A stretch of DNA of 64,000 nucleotides, taken from assembly GCA_051418015.1 (NCBI GenBank), contig JBPRGF010000017.1:32001-96000 (forward strand), read 5' to 3'. The position numbers and the translations under genes are program-made. Shown here piece after piece: positions 45,365 through 55,817 of the stretch. This DNA comes from Candidatus Nitrospinota bacterium M3_3B_026 (GTDB taxonomy: Bacteria; Nitrospinota_A; UBA7883; JBPRGF01). Within the stretch, counting starts at the first letter, position 1. The number at the start of each line of letters is the position of its first letter. Below the pieces are notes generated by a model. The model did no database searches. It was not told the DNA's origin and worked only from the letters and a program-made list of their open reading frames with translations.

Positions 45365-46362
45365 CGGTGAACAAGGCGCGCAACCTGAAAAACCTCGGCA
45401 GGATATATCTTTCATACCTGCGCCGGGAGGAGGCCCCCGCCCAGCTGCCCTCGCGGGTGTGGATAGAGCCGACGCCTTCCTGCAACCTGCGGTGCGGCCA
45501 CTGTCCCAACGGCATGGACGTGAAGTTCCCCACGGGGCTTATGAAGATGGAGCTTTTCAGGAAGGTGATAGACGAGCTTGAAGGCGCCGTTTACGACGTG
45601 AACCTTTTCCACCGCGGCGAATCGCTCATCCACCCGAAGCTCGCCGAGATGGTGGAATACTGCGCGGACAAGGGCCTTCACACAAGGCTTCATACCAACG
45701 CCGGGCTGTTGACGGAAGAGAAATCGCGCGAGCTTATCGGCGCGGGGCTGTCGTACATATCTTTCTCCGTGGACGGTTACACGAAAGAGGTGTACGAGAA
45801 AACAAGGGTGGGGGGAGATTTCGGCGAAACGATGGAGAACATCACCCGATTTCTGAAAATCAAAAAAGACCTAGGCCGCGGCCCCTATTCCATCGTCCAG
45901 GTCATGGAGATCGGCGAGGAGAAAGAGGGCCTCGCCAGGCGCCGGGCCGCCTTCCGTGAAATGTTCAACGGTCTGCCCCTCGACAGGCTCATCGTCAGGA
46001 CGCCGCACAACTGGGCCGGGGATTTCAAAAAGTTCGGCCGCGGCGTGGTGGACGACTCGGATGCCCCTTTTACCCCCTGCACGTTCCTTTGGTACTCCAT
46101 GACGATATTTTTCGACGGGACCGTGGCCCCCTGTCCCCAGGATTTTTTCGGGAAGATCAACATGGGCGACGTCTCCCGGTCCACGGTGGCGGAAGTGTGG
46201 AACGGCGAGGCGATGCGGCGCTTGAGACGGCGCATGAGGGAGCGGGACGTGGCGGGCCTCGAACCCTGCGAGGAATGCGACATGCTATGCCGCAGGACCT
46301 TCATGGGCGTGCCGTCCAACTATCTTTCCACCTTCATCAGGGACAACGTTCTGGTAAAGTGA
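45361..46362 (+). CDS. Radical SAM protein with SPASM/twitch domain
   Basis: IEPTPSCNLRCGHCP, GESLIHP, HTNA, FSVDG, PCTFLW...DGTVAPCPQD, PCEECD. Confidence 0.9.
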   Translation: MTVNKARNLKNLGRIYLSYLRREEAPAQLPSRVWIEPTPSCNLRCGHCPNGMDVKFPTGLMKMELFRKVIDELEGAVYDVNLFHRGESLIHPKLAEMVEYCADKGLHTRLHTNAGLLTEEKSRELIGAGLSYISFSVDGYTKEVYEKTRVGGDFGETMENITRFLKIKKDLGRGPYSIVQVMEIGEEKEGLARRRAAFREMFNGLPLDRLIVRTPHNWAGDFKKFGRGVVDDSDAPFTPCTFLWYSMTIFFDGTVAPCPQDFFGKINMGDVSRSTVAEVWNGEAMRRLRRRMRERDVAGLEPCEECDMLCRRTFMGVPSNYLSTFIRDNVLVK

Positions 46363-47426
46363 CGGATGCCTCAGGTGGTGTGAGTTCGCCGGTGAAAGAG
46401 CCGGTTCCAAAAGAAGCACCCGTCGCCGCTGACCCGGACGAACGGGGCCTCGTGGCTGTCACCGGCGCTGGGGGGTTCGTGGGGCGAAGGCTGTGCCAGG
46501 CCCTGACGGAAAGGGGTTACAGGGTCCGCGTCCTGGTCAGAAGCGGCCGTCACGACGATTTCTTCAAATCCCTCAGGGCCGAGATCCTGACAGGCGACGT
46601 CCGTGACGAGGAGATGACGTCCGGCCTGCTCGACGGCGCGGAGGGCCTCTTCCACCTCGCCTCCATAGTGCGTCAGGCGGGCGTCCCGGACAGGGAGTTC
46701 TGGGAGACCCACGTCACCGCCACGATGCGGCTCATGCGGGCCGCCGCCCGGCGCGGCGTCAATAAGGCCGTCCACTGCTCCACCATAGGCGTGCTGGGAC
46801 ATATAGAAAATCCGCCCGCCGACGAGACCGCAAGATACAACGCGAAGGACATATACCAGGTGACCAAGGCTGAAGGCGAAAAAATGGCCCTGGAGGCCAA
46901 CGCGAAGGGCGGGCTCGATGTCACCGTCGTCCGCCCCGCCGCCGTCTACGGCCCCGGCGACCGGCGTATGCTCAAGCTCTTCAGGCTCATCGCCAACGGC
47001 CGGTTCCGCATGATAGGAAGCGGGGAGACCCTCATCCATCCCGTCTACGTAGATGACCTCGTGGACGGGATGATCCTGGCCTACGAGTCGCCGAAAAGCG
47101 CCGGGCGCGTCTACATCCTGGCCGGGGACCGGTACATCACCCTCAACGAGTGGGTCTCCATCATAGCGTCCGCGGCCGGCGTGAAGGCGTCGCCTGTACA
47201 CATCCCCTATCCGCCCGTGATGATCGCCGCGGCGGCCATGGAGTTTATCTCAAAACCTTTCGGCATAGAGCCGCCCCTTTTCCGCCGCCGGGTCGACTTC
47301 TTCGTCAAGAACAGGGCCTTCTCCATAGAACGCGCCAGGCGGGAGCTTGGCTACGAGCCCAAGGTGAGCCTCGAGGAAGGCGCCGGCAGGGCCCTGGCCT
47401 GGTACCGCGAGCAGGGGTGGATATAA
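46359..47426 (+). CDS. NAD-dependent epimerase/dehydratase (extended SDR)
   Basis: VTGAGGFVG, FHLA, HCSTIGV, YQVTK, RPAAVYGPGD, VYVDDLV. Start GTG 46359 overlaps the upstream stop; exact start uncertain. Confidence 0.88.
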   Translation: MTDASGGVSSPVKEPVPKEAPVAADPDERGLVAVTGAGGFVGRRLCQALTERGYRVRVLVRSGRHDDFFKSLRAEILTGDVRDEEMTSGLLDGAEGLFHLASIVRQAGVPDREFWETHVTATMRLMRAAARRGVNKAVHCSTIGVLGHIENPPADETARYNAKDIYQVTKAEGEKMALEANAKGGLDVTVVRPAAVYGPGDRRMLKLFRLIANGRFRMIGSGETLIHPVYVDDLVDGMILAYESPKSAGRVYILAGDRYITLNEWVSIIASAAGVKASPVHIPYPPVMIAAAAMEFISKPFGIEPPLFRRRVDFFVKNRAFSIERARRELGYEPKVSLEEGAGRALAWYREQGWI

Positions 47427-47499
47427 TACGGCGGCGGAGCGGTTGACGCGCTGGGGTGGGTTAGATACATGAGCGACTTTCATTTATAATGGTAAAGTT

Positions 47500-50184
47500 A
47501 TGATCGGAACACTGGTTCGCAAGGTTTTCGGCTCCCGCAACGACAGGGAGCTGAAGAGAATACAGGGCTACGTGGAGGCGATAAACGCCCTGGAGCCGGC
47601 CATCCAGGCTCTCTCCGACGAGGAGCTGAAAGCCAAAACGCCCGAGTTCAAGGGCAGGCTGGAGAGGGGCGCCACGGTGGAGGATATCCTGCCGGAGGCC
47701 TTCGCCGTCGTCCGCGAGACCGGGCGCAGGGTCCTGGAGATGCGTCATTTCGACGCCCAGCTCATCGGTGGCGTGGCCCTCCACGAGGGGAAGATAGCCG
47801 AGATGCGCACCGGCGAAGGCAAAACCCTCGCCGCCACCCTGCCCATGTACCTGAACGCGCTGCCGGGGCGCGGGGCGCACCTCGTGACGGTGAACGACTA
47901 TCTCGCTCAGCGCGACGCGGAATGGATGGGCCACATATACGGCTTCCTGGGGCTTTCCGTAGGCGTGATCTACCACGGGATCACCGACCAGGAGCGAAGG
48001 GAGGCCTACCGTTGCGACATAACCTACGGGACGAACAACGAGTTCGGGTTCGACTACCTTCGCGACAACATGAAGTTCTCGCTGGACGACCTCGCCCAGA
48101 GGGACCTTCACTACGCCATAGTCGACGAGGTAGACAGCATCCTGATCGACGAGTCCCGGACGCCGCTCATAATCTCCGGACCCGCCGAGGAGTCCACGGA
48201 CAAGTATTACGCGGTGAACAGGATAGCCCCTCAGCTTCTGAAAAAGGACGTCTATTACACCGTGGACGAGAAGGCCAAGGCGGTGATGCTGACGGAGGAG
48301 GGGATAGCCGTCGCCGAGAAGGCCCTCGGAGTGGAGAACCTGTACGACCCGGCCAACGTGGAGCTATTGCACCATGTCCAGCAGGCCCTCAAGGCCTACA
48401 CCATGTTCCAGCGGGACGTGGACTATGTAGTCAAGGACGGCAAGGTGATAATAGTCGACGAGTTCACCGGCAGGCTCATGCCCGGCAGGCGCTGGTCCGA
48501 CGGGCTTCACCAGGCCGTGGAGGCCAAGGAAGGGGTGGAGATCGAGAACGAGAACCAGACGCTGGCCACCATCACCTTCCAGAACTATTTCAGGATGTAC
48601 GACAAGCTCGCCGGCATGACCGGCACGGCGGACACCGAGGCGGCGGAGTTCGCCTCAACCTACAACCTGGAGGTCATCGTCGTCCCCACCCACAGGCCCA
48701 TGATAAGGGTGGATCACCCGGACGTCATCTACAAGACGATAGGCGAGAAGTTCAAGGCCATAACGGACGAGATCGTGGAGCTGAACAAAAAAGGCCAGCC
48801 CGTCCTCGTCGGCACCATATCCATCGAGAAATCCGAAAGAATCTCCGCCATGCTCAAAAAGCGCGGGGTAAAACACAATGTCCTGAACGCCAAGCATCAC
48901 GAAAGGGAGGCGGAGATCGTCGCCCAGGCGGGCCGGAAGGGGGGCGTCACCATCGCGACGAACATGGCTGGCCGCGGCACGGACATCGTCCTCGGCGGCA
49001 ACCCGGAGATGATGTTGAAATCCCGCGGCATTGACGAGGAGGACGAAAGCTACGAAAAGTCCCTGCGGGAGTACGCGGAGGCCAGCGAGAAGGAAAAACA
49101 GGAGGTCATAGAGGCCGGCGGCCTGCACATCGTCGGTACGGAGAGACACGAGTCCCGCCGGATAGACAACCAGTTGCGCGGCCGCTCCGGCAGGCAGGGC
49201 GACCCCGGCTCGTCACGTTTCTTCCTGTCGCTGGAGGACGACCTTTTGCGGATATTCGGCTCCGACAGGATATCCGGGCTCATGGAAAGGATGGGCATGG
49301 AGGAGGGCGAGGCCATCGAACACAAGATGGTCTCCCGCGCCATAGAGAACGCCCAGAGAAAGGTCGAGGCGCACAACTTCGAGATAAGAAAACATCTCCT
49401 CGAGTTCGACGACGTGATGAACAAGCAAAGGGAGGTCATCTACGAGCAGAGAAAGATGATCTTCGCCGGCGAAGAGAGCCTGGACGAAATGATAGAGGAG
49501 ATGGCCCTGCAGGTGATGGAGGACGACCTGGCCCTCTACACGCCGGAGTCCGTCCAGCCCGAGGAATGGGACGTCGAGGGCCTGAAGGACGCCATAGCCC
49601 GCCACTTCGCCCTGGAGATGGAAGTGGACGAGAATAGCAACATCAGCCTGGGCGAAAAGAGGTTCGACTTCGACACCGTCACCTTCGGCCCTCTGCGGGA
49701 GGGGCTGGAAGAGGCTGTCCGGTCACAGGTCAAAGCGCGCCGGGAGTCCGTCGGCGGGCGGACGTGGAGGGAGATAGGCAAATACATCACCCTCCAGATA
49801 CTCGACACGAACTGGAAAGACCACCTCCTGGCCATGGACCACCTGAAGGAGGGCATCGGCCTGCGCGGTTACGCGCAGAAAAACCCGCTGAACGAATACA
49901 AGCGCGAAGGCAGCCAGCTTTTCATGGAGATGCTGGACAGAATCCGCGAGGACACCGTGGCCGCCCTCTTCCACGTCCAGATACAAAGCGACGAGGAGGC
50001 GCGCGTCCGCCAGCGCGAGATGGCCAAGAGGCGCGAACGCCAGAAGAAAATAGTGGAAAGCCATGGCGAGGACGGGAAAAAACAGCAGACCGTCCGCCGC
50101 TCTTCTAAAAAGATCGGCCGCAACGCGCCCTGCCCCTGCGGATCAGGGAAGAAATACAAGAAGTGCTGCGGCGCGAAGGTGTGA
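47500..50184 (+). CDS. secA: Preprotein translocase subunit SecA
   Basis: [63 protein letters not shown]-terminal [14 protein letters not shown]. Confidence 0.98.
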   Translation: MIGTLVRKVFGSRNDRELKRIQGYVEAINALEPAIQALSDEELKAKTPEFKGRLERGATVEDILPEAFAVVRETGRRVLEMRHFDAQLIGGVALHEGKIAEMRTGEGKTLAATLPMYLNALPGRGAHLVTVNDYLAQRDAEWMGHIYGFLGLSVGVIYHGITDQERREAYRCDITYGTNNEFGFDYLRDNMKFSLDDLAQRDLHYAIVDEVDSILIDESRTPLIISGPAEESTDKYYAVNRIAPQLLKKDVYYTVDEKAKAVMLTEEGIAVAEKALGVENLYDPANVELLHHVQQALKAYTMFQRDVDYVVKDGKVIIVDEFTGRLMPGRRWSDGLHQAVEAKEGVEIENENQTLATITFQNYFRMYDKLAGMTGTADTEAAEFASTYNLEVIVVPTHRPMIRVDHPDVIYKTIGEKFKAITDEIVELNKKGQPVLVGTISIEKSERISAMLKKRGVKHNVLNAKHHEREAEIVAQAGRKGGVTIATNMAGRGTDIVLGGNPEMMLKSRGIDEEDESYEKSLREYAEASEKEKQEVIEAGGLHIVGTERHESRRIDNQLRGRSGRQGDPGSSRFFLSLEDDLLRIFGSDRISGLMERMGMEEGEAIEHKMVSRAIENAQRKVEAHNFEIRKHLLEFDDVMNKQREVIYEQRKMIFAGEESLDEMIEEMALQVMEDDLALYTPESVQPEEWDVEGLKDAIARHFALEMEVDENSNISLGEKRFDFDTVTFGPLREGLEEAVRSQVKARRESVGGRTWREIGKYITLQILDTNWKDHLLAMDHLKEGIGLRGYAQKNPLNEYKREGSQLFMEMLDRIREDTVAALFHVQIQSDEEARVRQREMAKRRERQKKIVESHGEDGKKQQTVRRSSKKIGRNAPCPCGSGKKYKKCCGAKV

Positions 50185-50421
50185 GCTTATTCGGTAATTT
50201 TAAAAGAGTTGATAATATTGACCATCACTTGAAATATTCGTGACATAAGGGCCCGCAGAGGTACACCCTCCCAGAACTAACAAGACACCGGCAAAAAAGA
50301 GCATAAACAGAAAAATCTCAGTTTCTTAAACATACTTCATCCTTTAAGCTGAAATTCATACTTGAATAATAATTACCAAAAAGGTCGCGCAACTGGTATT
50401 AATATTTTTCCTATCTGGTTT

Positions 50422-51213
50422 CTAATCACATAATTTCAAGCCTTCCTCAATAAGGTCAGATAATTTGTTTGGGGGTATATGATTTCTTCCTATTTTCATA
50501 GGTTTTCCGTCTGAATCAAGAAGTGGCTTGCCGGTTTTTTTTAGCGATTTCACCCATTCAATTGCTTGACCATTCAACGCGTAAGAACCATGGGAAGTAT
50601 CTATCCAAACGAGTTTTCTTGTTTCTCTCTTTTTACAGTGGAGGCCTGAAAGCGGATATTCTTTGTATAAACCGCTACCCTTATCAAAATTAATTTTTGA
50701 TAAGGAATTAGTGAAACCCATTAAAGAAAACTTTGGATAGCTTTTTTCACCGTGCTTGTTCCAAAAATGTTTGCGAATTATCAATGTTCTACCTTTTTTA
50801 AGTTTTCCGATAACATTTTTTATTTTATCTCCCTTGTAAATCACTTGATGTCCACTCTTGCGAATAAATCCATCAAGGCCTTTTCCATCAATTTCGATTT
50901 CCACTGGAGTATTTTCTTTCCCCCAAAAAAAGTTGTCATGCCGTACGAGATTCATGCCGTTATATTTCAATTTGGTCTGGAGTTTAAAGGTATAATATTT
51001 TTTATATTCGGAAAAAGGGATTAACGCTTCAAAATATATCTGATTCGGGGTAACTTTACATACTATAAAAACATGCCATTCAAAGTCGTCGATAGTCTCA
51101 AAAACCGAATAAATCATGTTTTTTTCTTTATCAAATGACCAATTTCCTGCTCCCCATGAAGCGATAGGAGAAATTATCATGATAAATATTAAAATTAAAA
51201 CATTTCTATTCAT
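50422..51213 (-). CDS. AT-rich secreted hypothetical protein with C-terminal YebY (DUF2511)-like segment
   Basis: Signal peptide; ends YPLSGLHC...SYALNGQA...LSDLIEEGLKLCD; AGGAAGGGG RBS. Confidence 0.6.
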   Translation of the reverse strand: MNRNVLILIFIMIISPIASWGAGNWSFDKEKNMIYSVFETIDDFEWHVFIVCKVTPNQIYFEALIPFSEYKKYYTFKLQTKLKYNGMNLVRHDNFFWGKENTPVEIEIDGKGLDGFIRKSGHQVIYKGDKIKNVIGKLKKGRTLIIRKHFWNKHGEKSYPKFSLMGFTNSLSKINFDKGSGLYKEYPLSGLHCKKRETRKLVWIDTSHGSYALNGQAIEWVKSLKKTGKPLLDSDGKPMKIGRNHIPPNKLSDLIEEGLKLCD

Positions 51214-51402
51214 AACCCCTTCCTACTCTCATCAAACCATTAAACAAAAAATCCTTCTGTTTATTTTTGTTATACCGCAAACCTGCTTAAAATACAATGG
51301 ATAACCTCTTGAAATCATAAATGACTTCTATAAAAATTACTTTACAATCAATTAGCTCTGCATTTAATGCGTATGTTCTTTTTGTTTGTTGGAGTTATAA
51401 TT

Positions 51403-51437
51403 AAAAAAGGCGGAGCTTTTAAAAACTCCGCCTTTTT
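51403..51437. terminator. Bidirectional intrinsic terminator (end of PPIase transcript)
   Basis: AAAAAAGGCGGAG-CTTTTAAAAA-CTCCGCCTTTTT. Confidence 0.75.
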
Positions 51438-51469
51438 GTGTTTTTAATGCCGCGTCACCCCCGCACGTC

Positions 51470-52099
51470 TCATTCCGCCTCCCGCTCCTCGATGGTGACG
51501 GTCATCTCCACGCGCTCCAGGGGGTTGTCTCTCTGGTCGCGTTTCTCGGCGACGATCCTGTCCGCCACGTCCATCCCCTCTATCACCTCGCCGAAAGCGG
51601 TGTACTGCCGGTCCAGGAACCGCGCGTCCACCACGCAGATGAAAAACTGCGACCCGGCGCTGTCCGGATCCTGCGCCCGGGCCATGGATAGCGTCCCGCG
51701 CTTGTGGGGCTTTTCATTAAACTCCGCGTTGATGGTGTAGCCAGGCCCGCCGGTCCCGTGCAGATGGCGCTTGTCGGGGTCTTTTGTCAGCGGGTCGCCC
51801 CCCTGGATCATGAACCCCGGTATGACGCGGTGAAACGTCGTCCCGTCGTAAAAACCCTCCTTCGCAAGCTTTTTGAAACTCTCGACGTGTTTCGGCGCCA
51901 CGTCCGGGAAGAACCTCAGGACTATCTCGCCATGCCGGGTCTTGATTACCGCGACCTCCTCCATCTTTTTTCCTTTCTCATCGACTGCCTTGAGTCCGGC
52001 GGCGGGCTTTCCGCCAGCCCCTTCCGCAGCCTCCGCGCCCGCCGCGCCGGCGATGGCGAGGACGAGCGCCGGATAGAAAAACCATGACAACCGTCTCAT
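51470..52099 (-). CDS. Cyclophilin-type peptidyl-prolyl isomerase, exported
   Basis: APKHV.SF..LA.EGFYDGTTFHRVIPGFMIQGGDP, GTLSMARA.DPDSAGSQFFI, YTAFGEV.EGM; signal peptide. Confidence 0.93.
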   Translation of the reverse strand: MRRLSWFFYPALVLAIAGAAGAEAAEGAGGKPAAGLKAVDEKGKKMEEVAVIKTRHGEIVLRFFPDVAPKHVESFKKLAKEGFYDGTTFHRVIPGFMIQGGDPLTKDPDKRHLHGTGGPGYTINAEFNEKPHKRGTLSMARAQDPDSAGSQFFICVVDARFLDRQYTAFGEVIEGMDVADRIVAEKRDQRDNPLERVEMTVTIEEREAE

Positions 52100-52243
52100 A
52101 ACCCTCCTTGCCTGAAAAAGCACACGGCGCATGATAACAGGCGGCGGCCGCGTTGTCCAAAGCGGGGTTGAATCCACTGCGTTTATGCAGCATCATATAT
52201 TGAGAAACCTAGATATGGGCTTTTTCGTCAAGAGATAAAGGAT

Positions 52244-52444
52244 ATGCCGATATACGAGTACGTCTGCGCGGAGTGCGGGCACAAGTTCGAAAAGCTCACG
52301 GCGCTTTCCGAGGCGCATGAAAAGCAGGAATGCCCCGAGTGCGGCAAAGGCTCCGGGGAGCGGATATTGTCTCTTTTCGGGGCGGGCTCGTCCACGGGCT
52401 CAGGAAGCGGCGGCGGATACTGCGCTCCCAGCGGCTTCGGCTGA
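52244..52444 (+). CDS. FmdB-family zinc-ribbon protein (possible Sec extension to 52453)
   Basis: [16 protein letters not shown]...ECPECG...ERILS, Gly/Ser tail [20 protein letters not shown]. Confidence 0.88.
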   Translation: MPIYEYVCAECGHKFEKLTALSEAHEKQECPECGKGSGERILSLFGAGSSTGSGSGGGYCAPSGFG

Positions 52445-52460
52445 GCGCGTTAGGCTGAAA

Positions 52461-52479
52461 GCCGGCCCGTGCGGCTGGC
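52461..52479 (+). promoter_or_regulatory. Possible SECIS-like hairpin
   Basis: GCCGGCC-CGTGC-GGCTGGC: 7-bp stem with one G-U pair; loop GU at +25/+26 after the UGA. Confidence 0.45.
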
Positions 52480-52524
52480 ATGTATTCGGCGTCCGCGGCC
52501 GGTCTTGAATGAGGGGGCGCTCCA

Positions 52525-53475
52525 TTGGGCGGAACGGCGATATTCTACGACCCCGTCTTTTTAAAACACGACACGGGAGCGCATCCTGAAACCCCCGCAA
52601 GGCTCGAGGCCATCGTGGAAAGGCTCAAGTCCGCCCCCTTCGCCTCCAGTCTGGAATGGGTCCTTCCTCCCCGCGCCACCCTGGAGCAGCTTGCGCTGAT
52701 CCACACCCCGGAGTATATCCGAAGCGTGGAGCAAAGCGCCCGCTCCGGACAACGCCACCTGGACATGGACACCGTGATCTGCCCCGAATCATGGGAAGCC
52801 GCGCTGGCGGCGGCCGGGGCGGCCGTGGGGGGCGTCCGGAACGTGGTTGAGGGAAAACATAAAAACGCGTTCCTCGCCGTCCGCCCGCCGGGCCATCACG
52901 CCGAGGCGGACAGGGCAATGGGTTTCTGCCTGTTCAACAACGCCGCGATAGGCGCCCGCTTCGCCAGGGAAGAGCTCGGCGTCCCCAGGGTGGCTATCGT
53001 GGATTTCGACATCCATCACGGCAACGGAACGCAGAACGCCTTCTACTCCGACCCCACGGTCTTTTACATCTCCACCCACCAGTGGCCGCTCTACCCCGGC
53101 ACGGGGTCAGAGTCCGAGCGGGGCGAGGGGGAGGCGGAGGGGACGACCATGAACTTCCCTCTTTCCCCGGGCGCTGGGGACGCCGACGTCCTGGGCATAT
53201 TCGACGATGTGATAATCCCCACACTGAAAAAATTCGCCCCCGGCCTGATAGTCATCTCCGCCGGATTCGACGCCCACAGGGACGACCCGCTGGGGAGCCT
53301 GGAGCTGACAGAGGAAGGGTTCGGCGGGATGGCCGGACGGCTGCTTGACCTCGCCGATGACCTCGGCCACGGCCGCGTGATGGCCGTTCTGGAGGGAGGC
53401 TACAACCTCGCCGCGCTGGCAGGGTCCACCGCGGCGGTCGTGGAAAGGATGTCGCAGGCGGCGGAGCGCGGCTGA
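52525..53475 (+). CDS. Histone deacetylase family amidohydrolase
   Basis: HPETPARL, VRPPGHHA, GFCLFNN, VDFDIHHGNGTQ, YPGTG, SAGFDAH..DPL, LEGGY. Confidence 0.93.
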   Translation: MGGTAIFYDPVFLKHDTGAHPETPARLEAIVERLKSAPFASSLEWVLPPRATLEQLALIHTPEYIRSVEQSARSGQRHLDMDTVICPESWEAALAAAGAAVGGVRNVVEGKHKNAFLAVRPPGHHAEADRAMGFCLFNNAAIGARFAREELGVPRVAIVDFDIHHGNGTQNAFYSDPTVFYISTHQWPLYPGTGSESERGEGEAEGTTMNFPLSPGAGDADVLGIFDDVIIPTLKKFAPGLIVISAGFDAHRDDPLGSLELTEEGFGGMAGRLLDLADDLGHGRVMAVLEGGYNLAALAGSTAAVVERMSQAAERG

Positions 53476-53549
53476 GGCGGCCCGGCAGGACCTGTTACAG
53501 GCAGGGGACTTGTGTTAGACTGGCTCCCGCAGAATATCTGGGGGTGGTT

Positions 53550-53939
53550 ATGACAAGTCGCGCCGGATTCACGCTCATCGAGCTGATAATGGTGATAATA
53601 ATCCTCGGTATACTGGGGGCCATCGCCATCCCCCGGTACGTCGACCTGCGCGACGAAGCCAAGGCCGCCGCGGCCGACGGCGTCCTCGGCGCCGCCGCCA
53701 GCGCCTGCGCCATAAACTATGCCGCCGTCCAGACCAAGAACCCGCCGCCGGCGCCGATCACGTCCTGCGAGCTTTTGGAGGAGGCGATGACCTCCTCCGG
53801 CCTTTCGATAGTCTCCGCCGGGGGCGGGGAATGCTCCTTCACCGTGGGCGACAACAGCTTCTATTTCTCCTTCTCTCCGGAGACCTCCGAGGCGCCCTGC
53901 GGCGTGGAGAAAGCGCCGGATAAGTGGCCCGCGCCCTAG
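53550..53939 (+). CDS. Type IV prepilin (MshA-like)
   Basis: Class III signal AG|FTLIELIMVIIILGILGAIAIPRYVDL; four Cys in the head domain. Confidence 0.88.
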   Translation: MTSRAGFTLIELIMVIIILGILGAIAIPRYVDLRDEAKAAAADGVLGAAASACAINYAAVQTKNPPPAPITSCELLEEAMTSSGLSIVSAGGGECSFTVGDNSFYFSFSPETSEAPCGVEKAPDKWPAP

Positions 53940-53954
53940 CCCCTCCCCGGCCGG

Positions 53955-54998
53955 TCAGAAGACCCTGCGGCCTGTCTCCTTGTCGAAAAGGCGCAGTTTT
54001 TCCGGCGGGACCTCGAACCGGGCCGCCGACCCCGGCTTCACGGTCTCCCCGGCCGCCAGCCTGCCCTTGATCTTCGCCTCTTTCCAGACACCGTCGACCC
54101 AGACGTCGCTTCCCACCGGCTCAAGCATTATCACCTCGGCCTCCAGGGCAGGCTCCGCCCCCGCGGCCCTGACAGCCACATCCTGCGGGCGGATCCCGGC
54201 GATGACCTTCTCCCCATCCTCGCCGCGCGGGAGAGCGGCGGCGAGGGAGGTGTCCCGCAGGTTCTCTCCGCCGATGAAGTTCATGGGAGGGCTCCCGATG
54301 AAGCCGGCGACGAACAGGTTCGAGGGCCGTTCGTAAAGCTCCATGGGGCCGCCCAGTTGTTGTATCCTCCCCTCGGCCAGTATCGCTATCCTGCCGGAAA
54401 GCGACATCGCCTCCTCCTGGTCGTGCGTCACGTAGACGGTGGTTATCCCCAGCCGCTCGTGGATTCTCTTCAGCTCCGTCCTCATTTCCACCCGCAGCCT
54501 CGCGTCCAGGTTGGAGAGCGGCTCGTCCATCAGGAAGACCTTCGGTTTCCTGACGATGGCGCGCCCGAGGGCCACCCTCTGGCGCTGTCCGCCGGAAAGC
54601 TCCGAAGGCTTCCTGGACAGAAGCTTCGAGAGGCCGAGGCTCTCCGCGGCTTTCAAAACCTCCCGGTCCACCTCTTTTTTGGGGGTTTTCCTCACCCTCA
54701 GGGGAAAGGCGATGTTCTCGTGGACGGTCATGTGTGGATACAGCGCGTAGCTTTGGAAAACCATGGCCACGTCCCTTTGGCCTGGCGGAAGATGAGTCAC
54801 CGGTCTGTCGTCGAAAAATATCTCGCCCGCCGTCACGTCCTCCAACCCGGCTATCATGTTCAGGATGGTGGACTTGCCGCAGCCGCTTGACCCCACGAAG
54901 GTGAAAAACTCCCGTCCCGCGATCTCGAGGTCGAGCTTTTCGACGACCTTCACGCCTCCAAAACTTTTCGCCACGCCGTCGAATCTTATGTTGGTCAT
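53955..54998 (-). CDS. Sugar ABC transporter ATP-binding protein (MalK/SugC-like)
   Basis: GSSGCGKST, MVFQSYALYPHM, LSGGQRQRVALGRA, DEPLSNLDA, YVTHDQEEAM, FIGSPPMN. Confidence 0.93.
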   Translation of the reverse strand: MTNIRFDGVAKSFGGVKVVEKLDLEIAGREFFTFVGSSGCGKSTILNMIAGLEDVTAGEIFFDDRPVTHLPPGQRDVAMVFQSYALYPHMTVHENIAFPLRVRKTPKKEVDREVLKAAESLGLSKLLSRKPSELSGGQRQRVALGRAIVRKPKVFLMDEPLSNLDARLRVEMRTELKRIHERLGITTVYVTHDQEEAMSLSGRIAILAEGRIQQLGGPMELYERPSNLFVAGFIGSPPMNFIGGENLRDTSLAAALPRGEDGEKVIAGIRPQDVAVRAAGAEPALEAEVIMLEPVGSDVWVDGVWKEAKIKGRLAAGETVKPGSAARFEVPPEKLRLFDKETGRRVF

Positions 54999-55001
54999 CG
55001 G

Positions 55002-55817
55002 TCAGCCCTTCACCGCGCCCGCGGTGATCCCCTCCACGATCCTGCGCTGGAAGGCGAAGACCATGACGATCAGCGGAAATGTGACCACCACCGAGGCGGC
55101 CGCTATCTCACCCCAGGGCGCCTCGTGGACGCCGGGGAAGAGGGCTATGCCGACGGGGATGGTGCGGGAGGCGGGGGTGGAGGTGAAGGTCAACGCGAAC
55201 AGGAACTCGTTCCACGAGAATATGAAGACCAGGATGGCGGTGGCAGCCAGCCCCGGCGTGGAGAGCGGCAGTATCACCTTGTAAAAGGACTGAAACGCCG
55301 AGCACCCGTCCACCCTCGACGCCTTGTATATCTCGGCCGGGATGTCGCCGAAAAAGCTCGTGAGCGCCCAGATGGTCAGCGGCAGGGTGAAAGTCGTGTA
55401 GACGATGACGAGGGACGTCAGCGTATCCCTCATCCCCAACTCGCGGATAACAAGGAAGAGAGGACTCACGGTGGCGATGGGGGGGAACATGGAGGCGGAG
55501 AGGACGAAGGCCAGTATCAGCCCCTTTCGCCGGACGCCGAGCCACGCCAGGGCGAAAGCCGCCGGGGCGCCCAGGGCAAGCGAAAGCATTGTGCTCGCCG
55601 ACGCCACGATGAGGCTGTTGAGGATGATCCTCAGGAAAACAGGATCCTCGAATATCGTAAAGTAGGCCCGGAGCGTGGGGCGGCTCGGCAAAAGCGGCGG
55701 CAGGGTTGTAAGCTCCGCCGCGGGCTTGATGGACGTCAGCGCCTGCCACAGAAAGGGGCCCAGGCAGTAAAAAGCCACCAGGATCAAAGCCGTGTAAAAG
55801 GAGAACCTCCGCGCCAT
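55002..55817 (-). CDS. Carbohydrate ABC permease (MalG/SugB-like)
   Basis: MARRFSFY...; IP.EIYKASRVDGCS, FIFSWNEFLFAL, FQRRIVEGITAGAVKG. Confidence 0.9.
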   Translation of the reverse strand: MARRFSFYTALILVAFYCLGPFLWQALTSIKPAAELTTLPPLLPSRPTLRAYFTIFEDPVFLRIILNSLIVASASTMLSLALGAPAAFALAWLGVRRKGLILAFVLSASMFPPIATVSPLFLVIRELGMRDTLTSLVIVYTTFTLPLTIWALTSFFGDIPAEIYKASRVDGCSAFQSFYKVILPLSTPGLAATAILVFIFSWNEFLFALTFTSTPASRTIPVGIALFPGVHEAPWGEIAAASVVVTFPLIVMVFAFQRRIVEGITAGAVKG

